From an uncultured Bacilli bacterium (GTDB lineage Bacteria > Bacillota_I > Bacilli_A > RF39 > UBA660), in contig CAKPIH010000002.1 of the NCBI GenBank assembly GCA_934162325.1, forward strand, positions 1 to 60,987: a DNA stretch of 60,987 nt. The letters are read 5' to 3'. Of the stretch, positions 39,208 to 48,303 are shown in pieces. The position numbers and the translations under genes were made by a program. Below the pieces are notes generated by a model. The model was not told the origin of the DNA, ran no database searches, and saw nothing but the letters and a program-made list of their open reading frames with translations. Position 1 is the stretch's first letter. Each line of letters begins with the position of its first letter.

Positions 39208-40278
39208 ATGAAAGAAAAAGTTGATATTGAAGCATCTACAAATACCTTTTTAAAAAGTTTTTTTGATGCTACCTATAATGAAAATAAATTATTATTTGAT
39301 AATATGTCAAATATTTATAAATTAATATTCTTTCTATACTACAATATGGATAGTTTAGATGTAGAAAGATTAGATTTAAGAGATGGTACTCGTGCTGATT
39401 ATATGGCAAAGTCAAAATTAATTGATGCTTTTTATAAAGATATAGGAATAGACTTTAGAATGGAAGAAATAACAAGTAGCGGAGTACTTAACATAATAAG
39501 TACTAATAATCCTAAAAAAGCAACTTTTAAAGAAATATACACTGGTAATAATAATTATTTTATTCATGAAGAAGCTTATATCAATATTAGAACACAAGAG
39601 AGAGTAGTAGTAGAAACTACTTATCATAAAGTAATAAATGTTTATAATAATGATTTAGTAACTGATTCAATAATATGGGTTCATGAAATATCTCATTACC
39701 GAAATCAACCATCTATAAAAAGAGGAGAAGTAAATGATATTTTGACTGAACTACTTGCCTTTACTGAAGAACTAATTTATGCTGATTATTTAGAAGGTAT
39801 TGGCTATCAAGAAGCTGTAAATACATTTAAAATATCAGAGTATAATAATTTTTATAGCGTTATAAATCAAGGCTTCCATATCGTAAGAATAACTTTACTT
39901 TACTATTTACTTGGAAAAGTATCTGAAGAAAATTATAAATTATTATATCATGATGATAACTATCAAACATCATTAGAAGTATTTGATAAAGAAAGAATAA
40001 ATAATCAAAATATTATGTTTATAATATTATACTACTCAGTAGCTATTTTCTCACTATATAATTATATAGAATATAAAAAAGATTCCAACTTCTTAAAACA
40101 AATAGAAGAATTAAATGAATCATTATTAAATAATAGACATTCACTAGAAGATTCACTAAAAATAATAGATATAAAATTAAATAAAGAATCTTTAGTCACT
40201 TTGCTAGAAGATATCAATATATTTAAAGATACCTTACTAAGTAACAATAAAACTAAAACATTAAAACCAAATAACTAA
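39208..40278 (+). CDS. HExxH metallopeptidase, M3/PepF-like core
   Basis: 356 aa with WVHEISHY plus the downstream ILTELLAFTEE (third-ligand Glu context as in M3B). 8-nt gap from paralog 2. Confidence 0.45.
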   Translation: MKEKVDIEASTNTFLKSFFDATYNENKLLFDNMSNIYKLIFFLYYNMDSLDVERLDLRDGTRADYMAKSKLIDAFYKDIGIDFRMEEITSSGVLNIISTNNPKKATFKEIYTGNNNYFIHEEAYINIRTQERVVVETTYHKVINVYNNDLVTDSIIWVHEISHYRNQPSIKRGEVNDILTELLAFTEELIYADYLEGIGYQEAVNTFKISEYNNFYSVINQGFHIVRITLLYYLLGKVSEENYKLLYHDDNYQTSLEVFDKERINNQNIMFIILYYSVAIFSLYNYIEYKKDSNFLKQIEELNESLLNNRHSLEDSLKIIDIKLNKESLVTLLEDINIFKDTLLSNNKTKTLKPNN

Positions 40279-40329
40279 ATTAGAGACTACAGGCTCTAAT
40301 TTACCACGTAAGACTACAGGCTGAAGTGG
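40278..40329 (+). repeat. hairpin-repeat family, two right-arm-type hairpins
   Basis: AAATTAGAGACTACAGGCTCTAATTT and CCACGTAAGACTACAGGCTGAAGTGG carry the AGAC-N-GGCT cap. Confidence 0.55.
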
Positions 40330-40339
40330 CATAAAAAAT

Positions 40340-40375
40340 AAAGATAATTCTAAATATCAAGAATTATCTTTTTAT
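40340..40375. terminator. bidirectional terminator between convergent operons
   Basis: AAAGATAATTC / GAATTATCTTT 11-bp stem flanked by an A-tract (5') and a T-tract (3'). Confidence 0.65.
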
Positions 40376-40380
40376 TATAA

Positions 40381-42141
40381 CTAATTATGAATATACCAAG
40401 TCTTATTAATATCACAACTCTGACTAAGAGGTTCAGGATTAGGTTTATCAAGAATAGCAATCGTGGGCATCTTAAAGGCCGTCCCAAACATAATACAAGT
40501 ACCAGGATGTAGAGTCTTAATCTTATTAGTCAAAGTAATATCTGCACTAGAAATAATATCTTTAATAAATTGTAAATCCCTAGGATGAAACATCTTAAAT
40601 ACTAAGAAGTTACTACACTGTGATATTGTAGTTTCCGAAAGCTCAGAAGGTCTTTGAGAAACAATACCAAGAAGTAATCCATATTTTCTACCTTCTTTAG
40701 TAATTCTTTCAAAAATATTATAACCAAAAATACTAACATCTTCATCATTCTGAACATATCTATGAGCCTCTTCAAGAACAATATGAAATGGCATTGAAGC
40801 CCTCTGATTAAGAGATACAATATAATCAAATAAAAGTTTAGAAAATATTTTAACCAAATTCTTAGCAAATCTATCATCAACATAATTAATATTAAAATTA
40901 ACAATCTGTGCTTTCTTACCGTCATTAGTAGTAAGAAGTAAATTAATAAAACTCTCTCTATTAATATAACTATCAAATTCAAAGTATCTAGCATAATTAC
41001 TATTCATCAAATTATTAAATCTAACTTTAAGAATATTAGTAAGTTCAAAAGCCTTATCACTATTTAGCGTACCCTCAGATATAAGAGCAAACTCTAAAGC
41101 CGTACTAAAATCCTTCATAGTATACATATATTCTCCATTAGGAAGAGAAAGTTCAAAATTATCCAAGCATAAACTCTCTAAGTATTCAATAACAACCTCA
41201 ACATCCGAAAACTCACCAGTATTCTCTACGAATAAACACTGTCTAATAGTTCTAGTCCATCCACCCTTAACAAGTTTAACCTCTAAGTTAAGATTACTAG
41301 TATTAAATTTGGTAAGAATAGAAACAATCTTATTTCTAATCATACTAGCACTCTTACCAGAAAATAAAATATCTAATAAACATCTAGCAATAATATCATT
41401 CTTCTGATTAATAACTTCTTCTTCTTTTCTAGCAAAATAACTAACTAATTTTAAAGCCTTCTCAATAACTGGTAATTGTTCTTTAGAAGTAACACCCATA
41501 AGTAAAGCCAAATCATCAATACCAAGTAACCAAAAAGGATATTGTAAAATATCAAATTCAGTACTATTTAAATCAGTAGTATATACCTTATAATTAATAT
41601 TATCATTAACTTCATGTATCCTAGAAAAAGCCCTTTGATACTCTCCATAAGCATCAAATAAGAATATATTAGAATAGAAAGGTAAGCTCTTACATTGGTA
41701 GAAGACACTCTGAAGAATCTTAGCAACAGAGTAAGATTTACCACTACCAGAATTACCTAGTATAGCAAAATGATTAGAAAAGAAATTACCAACATCAAGT
41801 TTAATATCATAATCAGGATAAATAAAAGACTTACCAAGTTTAATACTATTAGGCCCATCATTATTTAAAATAATATCAAGAACACTATTATCAATCAAAT
41901 TACAAGTAGCCTTAAAAGAAGGCTTAGAAATATCTCCAAATAAAAACTTATTATTCCTAATTTCTCCTACTAAAGATACCTGCATAATACCATTACCAAT
42001 AGCAATAACTTCCCCAATACTAATTGCAGTAGTATCTTTAAATATAACATTCTTACTAATTAAACTATCATAATCATAAATATTAACAGATAATTGTACT
42101 GAAACAATATTATCATTAATAGCAATAATTCTCCCCAACAT
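40381..42141 (-). CDS. HerA/FtsK-superfamily ATPase (DUF87-like) with N-terminal HAS-barrel
   Basis: Start at MLGRIIAINDN behind AGGTGA. The barrel-like N-terminus is followed by Walker A GNSGSGKS, Walker B FHIVLEEAHRY and the VSQRPSELSETTISQCSNFLVFKM block. Confidence 0.65.
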   Translation of the reverse strand: MLGRIIAINDNIVSVQLSVNIYDYDSLISKNVIFKDTTAISIGEVIAIGNGIMQVSLVGEIRNNKFLFGDISKPSFKATCNLIDNSVLDIILNNDGPNSIKLGKSFIYPDYDIKLDVGNFFSNHFAILGNSGSGKSYSVAKILQSVFYQCKSLPFYSNIFLFDAYGEYQRAFSRIHEVNDNINYKVYTTDLNSTEFDILQYPFWLLGIDDLALLMGVTSKEQLPVIEKALKLVSYFARKEEEVINQKNDIIARCLLDILFSGKSASMIRNKIVSILTKFNTSNLNLEVKLVKGGWTRTIRQCLFVENTGEFSDVEVVIEYLESLCLDNFELSLPNGEYMYTMKDFSTALEFALISEGTLNSDKAFELTNILKVRFNNLMNSNYARYFEFDSYINRESFINLLLTTNDGKKAQIVNFNINYVDDRFAKNLVKIFSKLLFDYIVSLNQRASMPFHIVLEEAHRYVQNDEDVSIFGYNIFERITKEGRKYGLLLGIVSQRPSELSETTISQCSNFLVFKMFHPRDLQFIKDIISSADITLTNKIKTLHPGTCIMFGTAFKMPTIAILDKPNPEPLSQSCDINKTWYIHN

Positions 42142-42208
42142 ATTCTTCTTCACCTATTATAATTTTACCACATAAATAAATAATTGTATATAAAAATATT
42201 AAAAAAAA

Positions 42209-42646
42209 CTATAGATATTCTTTAAGTTCATCTATAGTCTTTTCTTGAAATTTCAAAAATTCTTTTGCTATCTTCAAATCACTCTTATCAACATTTTTAT
42301 CATAAGCCTTAATTTTCTTTTCCATATCCACAGACCCTGTTGATACACCCTTAATAATCATCTTAGCAATCGAAGAATCACTATTATCATTAATAACTTC
42401 TTTCTTAATACCCATCTTAGCCATCATTTTGGCCATAACTCCACTATCAGTAATTTCTGCTTTTCCTTTCTTTAAATACTTCATACTCTTCTTTTTCCAA
42501 GACTCATATTCCTTAAGAATATCTTCAAGAGTCTTCTTTATTTTATTATCTTTATCTTTTAAATCATTAGTAAGAGTAGTCAAAGTATAAACAGCCATTT
42601 CAGCATCTTTATAAATATGTTCCATCAATTCATAATTTTCTTTCAT
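42209..42646 (-). CDS. helical hypothetical protein (about 145 aa)
   Basis: Start at MKENYELMEH behind GAGGAGGA. K/E-rich, predicted all-alpha, no catalytic motif. Confidence 0.4.
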   Translation of the reverse strand: MKENYELMEHIYKDAEMAVYTLTTLTNDLKDKDNKIKKTLEDILKEYESWKKKSMKYLKKGKAEITDSGVMAKMMAKMGIKKEVINDNSDSSIAKMIIKGVSTGSVDMEKKIKAYDKNVDKSDLKIAKEFLKFQEKTIDELKEYL

Positions 42647-42707
42647 AAATATCCTCCTCAAAAATATTATGAACCAAAATAATAAAAATATAATAAAAAA
42701 TTATATG

Positions 42708-42785
42708 CCTCTCACACTATGTTGTTCGAGGTTTTGAAAGCCTAAGGTCTTTCAAAAAAAATTTCAGAGCCAAATATCTCTGAAA
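42708..42785 (+). repeat. hairpin-repeat family, left-arm copy (near-identical to 48078-48155)
   Basis: CCTCTCACACTATGTTGTTCGAGG box, then hairpins TTGAAAGCCTAAGGTCTTTCAA and TTTCAGAGCCAAATATCTCTGAAA. Confidence 0.8.
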
Positions 42786-42811
42786 TAAAAGTATATATAA
42801 TATAAAAAATA

Positions 42812-43249
42812 TCAAATAAGTATTCTACCACATAAATAATCCATAGAAATGTTATATTTTTTACATATCTCATAGGCAAAAGCTGTAAGAATAGTAGTCT
42901 TACCACTTTCATAAGCACTAATCGTTGAATGAGTAGTATTAAGAGTACTAGCTAGTTCTTCTTGGGTAATATTTTTTTCTTTTCTAAATTTTTTTAATCT
43001 CATACCAATAATCTTTTTATCAATATTATATTTACCATTATTAAAATTATTCTTATTAGAAAGCCCTAATACATAATCCATACTAACATTATAATAATTA
43101 CACAAAGAATTCAAATGCTTTAAAGGAATAATTTTGCTGCCATTTTCCCATAGTGAATAAGTTTGCTGAGTAATGTTTAATAGCTTAGCAATATCCTTTT
43201 GTTTAAGATTAAAGTCTTCTCTTAATTCTATTAGTTTTTGAAAATTCAT
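42812..43249 (-). CDS. XRE-family regulator with two HTH_3 domains
   Basis: Start at MNFQKL behind AGGTG. Two copies of the LKQKDIAKLLNITQQTYSLWENG / ITQEELASTLNTTHSTISAYESG type HTH. Confidence 0.75.
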   Translation of the reverse strand: MNFQKLIELREDFNLKQKDIAKLLNITQQTYSLWENGSKIIPLKHLNSLCNYYNVSMDYVLGLSNKNNFNNGKYNIDKKIIGMRLKKFRKEKNITQEELASTLNTTHSTISAYESGKTTILTAFAYEICKKYNISMDYLCGRILI

Positions 43250-43356
43250 ATCTAACACCTAATATAATTTTCCCATTAAAAATAAAAATATGATTTTTTT
43301 ACAAACAAATACGACAAAATATGATATAATTAAATAAAGTAGCAAAGGAGGTATCT

Positions 43357-44475
43357 ATGAAATGTATAAAGTGTAATGAAGAACTAGAAGTGGATGATAA
43401 CTTTTGTCCTACCTGCGGAGAACTAACTCCGCATGGTTATTTATCCCTAAAAGATAATAAATTAAGATATAAAGAAAATAATATTGGTCCATTATTTACC
43501 TTAACTTCTATTATCATAATAAGTTTTATTGCCATGACTTTAATAAGTGGTAAAGATATGTTTAGACCATATATAGAATTACAAAAAGAAATATCAAGTT
43601 TAAAACATGGTTATAAAGTATCAATTATGAATACTAATAATAAATATACTAATATTGCTGTTGATACCAAAGAAGAAGCCATAAATTTAATAATACAAGA
43701 TATCACAAAACAATCTTGGAAATGTAAAAGAAATATAAATGTATCTCTAATCGAAAAAGAAATAAGTGAAAACTATAATATTCCCAGTGTAAGTTTATGT
43801 GATGTTGATGAAGATGTATCAAACAAAATAAAAGAAGTAATAAGTACAACCTATCAGTTATTTCCTAATATAAAAGGCTATCTAACTAACATAACAATAA
43901 CCAATGCTCCAAGTAATGAAGATTATATAGCCTATTTCAATCCCACGAATACTTTTATAAATAATAACTTAGATATAAATGAATATAACAAAGTAAATAA
44001 AACCGAAATCTTATTAAATAGTTATTATTTCTTAAATAAAGATATTCTAAGTAAAGGATTAAAAGAAAACTGGTATCCAAATGATGCTAGTTATGAATCA
44101 CTAATAGCTCATGAACTAGGACATTACATAACCTTTGTAACGTTATTAAAACAAAATAATGTTGATAACATAACACTAGTAACCAAAAATAATATAAATA
44201 ATTATCAAAATATTCTGAATATCTTAAAAGAAGGAGTTTACTCTAAAGAACTAGTCGAAGAAACTATAACTAATTATAATAAGAAGTATAATACCAATAT
44301 TTCACTTGAAGACTTTACCAAAAACATATCAGGATATGCTAGTCAAAAAGTAAAAGAAAGTGTAAATTATGACGAAGTAATTGCCGAAGCCATTCATGAC
44401 TATTACTTACATAGAGATTCCTCTAGTACTAGTTCATTAGAAATAACAAATATTTTAAAAGAGAGGTTACAATAA
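43357..44475 (+). CDS. zinc-ribbon / TM / extracytoplasmic HExxH-domain protein
   Basis: N-terminal CIKC..CPTC ribbon, a TM helix (FTLTSIIIISFIAMTLI), and a C-terminal domain with LIAHELGHYITF. Confidence 0.5.
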   Translation: MKCIKCNEELEVDDNFCPTCGELTPHGYLSLKDNKLRYKENNIGPLFTLTSIIIISFIAMTLISGKDMFRPYIELQKEISSLKHGYKVSIMNTNNKYTNIAVDTKEEAINLIIQDITKQSWKCKRNINVSLIEKEISENYNIPSVSLCDVDEDVSNKIKEVISTTYQLFPNIKGYLTNITITNAPSNEDYIAYFNPTNTFINNNLDINEYNKVNKTEILLNSYYFLNKDILSKGLKENWYPNDASYESLIAHELGHYITFVTLLKQNNVDNITLVTKNNINNYQNILNILKEGVYSKELVEETITNYNKKYNTNISLEDFTKNISGYASQKVKESVNYDEVIAEAIHDYYLHRDSSSTSSLEITNILKERLQ

Positions 44476-44651
44476 TGAAAGAATGTCTAAATTGTAAAAA
44501 AGTCGTAAGAGATAGTGATAAATATTGTCGTAACTGTGGTATAAGAGTACTAAAACCATATCAAAATATCTTAATAAACATAACCAAAGTACTCTTAGTA
44601 ATAATATTAATAATCATGATAGTAATGTTTATTCTATCATATCTAATATAA
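44475..44651 (+). CDS. 58-aa zinc-ribbon / TM protein
   Basis: Below the ORF-track cut-off. MKECLNCKKVVRDSDKYCRNCG ribbon plus a C-terminal TM helix. The ATG overlaps the upstream stop (TAATG). Confidence 0.45.
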   Translation: MKECLNCKKVVRDSDKYCRNCGIRVLKPYQNILINITKVLLVIILIIMIVMFILSYLI

Positions 44652-44663
44652 AGGAGTAAAAAG

Positions 44664-47279
44664 ATGAAAGAAAATAATTATTATAATAAAAAAGTAGAAG
44701 AACTATATAAAGAATTAAATACCAGTATAAATGGATTAACTGAAGAGGAAGCAAGCAAAAGATTAGAGGAGTATGGTGAAAATAAACTAGCAGAACGAAA
44801 GAAAAAATCAAATTTTGTAATATTCTTAAGTCAGTTTAATGATCTAATGATAATATTACTTATCTTTGCTTCAGTATTTTCTGCAGTAATATCTTATATC
44901 CAGAAAGAATCATATGCTGACTCAGTAATAATCTTAATAATTGTCATAATAAATGCTACCTTAAGTTTTATTGAAGAGAAGAAAGCTGATAAAGCCATTG
45001 AAGAACTAAATAAAATGTTTATAACAAATAATAATGTCATAAGAGATGGTAAGAAAGAAACTATTGATGTTAGAAAGATTGTACCAGGAGATATAATAGA
45101 ACTAGAAGCAGGAGATTATGTATCCGCTGATGCTAGAATAATATCATCAGAAGCCTTAGAAGTAAATGAATCAACCCTAACCGGAGAATCAAAAAGTATC
45201 AAAAAAGATAATAGTGATATAACTGAAGAAAAAGAATTATACGAAAGAAAGAATATGGTCTATGCCGGATGTAATGTAACAAATGGTCATGCTTTTGTAG
45301 TAGTATGTAATACCGCTATGAATACTGAACTAGGTAAAATAGGAGCTAGCCTTATGAATAATAAAAATGAACTAACTCCTCTTCAAAAGAAAGTAAACCA
45401 AATAAGTAAAGTATTAACCTATATCATAATCGGTATAATAATAGTTATGATGGTTGTAGGTCTACTTAAAAAGAATGATTTCTTTGATATCCTAATGTTA
45501 TCCATCTCCCTAGCAGTAGCCGCTATTCCTGAAGGAATGTCATCAGTTATAACCATAATATTATCTCTTGGTATGTCCGAAATGGCTAAAAGAAATGTCA
45601 TCATAAGAAAGATGGCCTCTGTTGAAACATTAGGTTCCACTGACATAATCTGTTCCGATAAAACAGGAACTATTACTGAGAACAAAATGCAAGTAAAAAG
45701 TATCTATGTAAACAATAAATTATATACCGAAAAAGATAGTATAGATAACATGAATCTATATAACTATTGTTTATCAAGTTGTCAAAATGTAACTAAAAAT
45801 AATGACAAATATCTAGGAGACGAAACCGAAGTAGCCATCTATAAATACCTTGAAGAAAAAAATATATTAATAAATATCCCAAGAATAAAAGAGTATCCAT
45901 TTGATTCTGATAGAAAAATGATGAGTACTATAAATATAATAGATAATAAAGAATATTCCTTTACTAAAGGAAGTCTAGACTCCGTATTACATAATTGTAC
46001 TTATTATCTAGAAGATAACAAACTATATAATATAACTACAGAATATAAAGAAAAAATATTTAAAATAGAAGAGGAGGAATCAGAAAAGTCTCTTCGTATC
46101 TTAGCCTTGGCCTATAAAAATGAAAATACAAGTAATCCAGAGAAAGATATGATATTTATCGGATTAATAGGTATGATGGACCCTCCAAGAAACTCCGTAC
46201 CAAATGCTATTAATACATGTAAAAACTCCGGAATAAAAATAGTTATGATAACTGGAGATAGTATAAATACTGCTCGAGCTATAGCAAAAAGTGTTGGTAT
46301 TATCGATACTGATGAAGGAGCTACTACTGGTAAAATAGTAGACAAAATGACTGATGATGAATTAAAAGAAGCCGTAAAAAAATATAATGTTTATGCTAGA
46401 ATATCACCAAGTACCAAATTAAGGATCGTTGATGCCTTACAAAGTAATGGTTATGTCGTAGCCATGACTGGTGATGGTGTAAATGATGCTCCCGCTATTC
46501 AAAAAGCCGATATCGGAATAGGTATGGGTATAACCGGAACTGAAGTAGTAAAAAAAGTCGCAGACTGTATCCTTGTAGATGATAGTTTCTCAACCATCGT
46601 AGATGGAGTAGAAGAAGGAAGAAGAATAACTTCTAATATCAAGAAAATAATTCTTTACTTACTAGCCGGTAATATAGTAGAAGTACTTCTAGTATTCATA
46701 TCCATGGTACTAAATATGGAAATGTTTACAACATTACAACTACTATGGATAAACCTAGTAACCGATAGTATCCCCGCTATTATGTTAGCCTTTGAAAAGA
46801 AAACAGAAGACCAAATGGAAAATACTCTTGCTAATAAATACAATGAAAGTTTCTTTACTCCATTATTAACAGCTAAAATAGTAATCGGAGCAATCATAAA
46901 ATCAATAGTAATGTTAATAATATTTATCTATTTTGCAAAAGAAGTAGATGTAAATACCGCAGGTTCATTATTATTTATCTACTTAGTAACCCATGAATTA
47001 CTATTCTCGTTCTCTTGTCGTAATATTAAGAAGTCAGTACTAAATAAAGACATCTTTTCAAATAAAAAACTAACCCTAGGAGTCTTAACAATACTATTAG
47101 TTCAAGTCATAGTATTAGTAACCCCAATAAGTAAATACTTTATAGTACCAAGTATAAAAATAAATTATATCTTGATAACTATCGGAATATGTTTTATAAT
47201 GTTTATATTAGGAGAGTTAGTAAAACCAATATATACAAAATTATTTAAAGATTACAGGGAGGTTAAAAATGAAAAATAA
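44664..47279 (+). CDS. P2-type cation (Ca2+-type) transporting ATPase
   Basis: 871 aa with TGES, PEGM, DKTGTIT, TGDSINTA and TGDGVNDAP motifs and 10 TM helices. Confidence 0.85.
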   Translation: MKENNYYNKKVEELYKELNTSINGLTEEEASKRLEEYGENKLAERKKKSNFVIFLSQFNDLMIILLIFASVFSAVISYIQKESYADSVIILIIVIINATLSFIEEKKADKAIEELNKMFITNNNVIRDGKKETIDVRKIVPGDIIELEAGDYVSADARIISSEALEVNESTLTGESKSIKKDNSDITEEKELYERKNMVYAGCNVTNGHAFVVVCNTAMNTELGKIGASLMNNKNELTPLQKKVNQISKVLTYIIIGIIIVMMVVGLLKKNDFFDILMLSISLAVAAIPEGMSSVITIILSLGMSEMAKRNVIIRKMASVETLGSTDIICSDKTGTITENKMQVKSIYVNNKLYTEKDSIDNMNLYNYCLSSCQNVTKNNDKYLGDETEVAIYKYLEEKNILINIPRIKEYPFDSDRKMMSTINIIDNKEYSFTKGSLDSVLHNCTYYLEDNKLYNITTEYKEKIFKIEEEESEKSLRILALAYKNENTSNPEKDMIFIGLIGMMDPPRNSVPNAINTCKNSGIKIVMITGDSINTARAIAKSVGIIDTDEGATTGKIVDKMTDDELKEAVKKYNVYARISPSTKLRIVDALQSNGYVVAMTGDGVNDAPAIQKADIGIGMGITGTEVVKKVADCILVDDSFSTIVDGVEEGRRITSNIKKIILYLLAGNIVEVLLVFISMVLNMEMFTTLQLLWINLVTDSIPAIMLAFEKKTEDQMENTLANKYNESFFTPLLTAKIVIGAIIKSIVMLIIFIYFAKEVDVNTAGSLLFIYLVTHELLFSFSCRNIKKSVLNKDIFSNKKLTLGVLTILLVQVIVLVTPISKYFIVPSIKINYILITIGICFIMFILGELVKPIYTKLFKDYREVKNEK

Positions 47280-47643
47280 TAATAGTACATTTATAGTACT
47301 CGGAGGTATATTTATCTTATCAGTATTTAGTTTCATTGTAGCAAAAAATATCTTACCAGATAGTGATAATAATCAGTATTACGCTAAACCTAATGAAAAT
47401 ATGACAGCAAAAATAGAAAGTATTACTAAAGAAAATAATAAACTTATAATAACAACAACAGGAGATTCAACTGAATACTGTCTAAAAACAACTAAGAGTG
47501 TTCCTAGTATAGATTCATTATGTTGGAATAAAATAGAAAATAACAAAGTAGAGAGTAATTACTTTACATATAAAAAATATTATCTTTGGATTAAAGATAG
47601 TGATAATAGAATAAGTGGTAGAACTACTATAGAAAAGGAGTAA
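47269..47643 (+). CDS. TM-anchored small exported protein
   Basis: 124 aa. SD GGGAGG. Overlaps the ATPase stop by 11 nt. One N-terminal TM helix. Confidence 0.4.
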   Translation: MKNNNSTFIVLGGIFILSVFSFIVAKNILPDSDNNQYYAKPNENMTAKIESITKENNKLIITTTGDSTEYCLKTTKSVPSIDSLCWNKIENNKVESNYFTYKKYYLWIKDSDNRISGRTTIEKE

Positions 47644-47645
47644 AT

Positions 47646-48068
47646 ATGGAAAATGATAGAATAGAAACTACTAGAAATAGAGTATTTGTCCAAGAATTAG
47701 CTTTTGGCAAAGATAGTCCTATTGCTATGAAGACAAATGATAATTTTGTATATAGAGTAACCGGTATGGATCAAGTAGAAGATATTATAACTAGTGGATA
47801 TGCAAGAAGTAAAGATAAAGTAAAAGGTGGTCATAATAATGAATTATTTTGGACTAGAGGTGGAGATAAACTATTTTACTACGATAAAAGACCAGTACTA
47901 GAAGCCCCTTATACCAAAGTAAAAGATGGTCAAATTGGAGCTATTCCACTAGAAGATTTAACTGCTATATGGATATTTAATGAAAAAGAAAATAAATATG
48001 TTAATTGTATTGAATACTATAAATATCTAAGAGAAGAATTAATATCTTCTAAAGGAAAAGGTAGATAG
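47646..48068 (+). CDS. hypothetical cytoplasmic protein
   Basis: 140 aa. SD AAGGAG. 2-nt gap from the upstream gene. No recognised motif. Confidence 0.4.
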   Translation: MENDRIETTRNRVFVQELAFGKDSPIAMKTNDNFVYRVTGMDQVEDIITSGYARSKDKVKGGHNNELFWTRGGDKLFYYDKRPVLEAPYTKVKDGQIGAIPLEDLTAIWIFNEKENKYVNCIEYYKYLREELISSKGKGR

Positions 48069-48077
48069 TAGTATATT

Positions 48078-48155
48078 CCTCTCACACTGTCGTTGTTCGA
48101 GGTTTTGAAAGCCTAAGGTCTTTCAAAAAAATTTCAGAGCCAAATGTCTCTGAAA
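48078..48155 (+). repeat. hairpin-repeat family, left-arm copy (near-identical to 42708-42785)
   Basis: Differs from the 42.7-kb copy by 2 substitutions and 2 single-nt indels. A degenerate right-arm-like tail runs to about 48215. Confidence 0.8.
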
Positions 48156-48303
48156 TAAAAGTATTTATATAAGCTATAGATTTATGTCTATAGTTTTTCT
48201 TATATCCACATATATTGTTGATAAACGAAATTACTAAAAAATAATGACAAGAGTAAAAGTAAGTGCTATAATAAACATTAAAACAATTGAAGGGAGCACT
48301 TAC

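Noticed and set aside
44629-44811. 60-aa minus-strand ORF overlapping the start of the Ca-type ATPase
   Set aside because: It is antisense to the ATPase N-terminus and to the 58-aa zinc-ribbon gene, and it has no SD.
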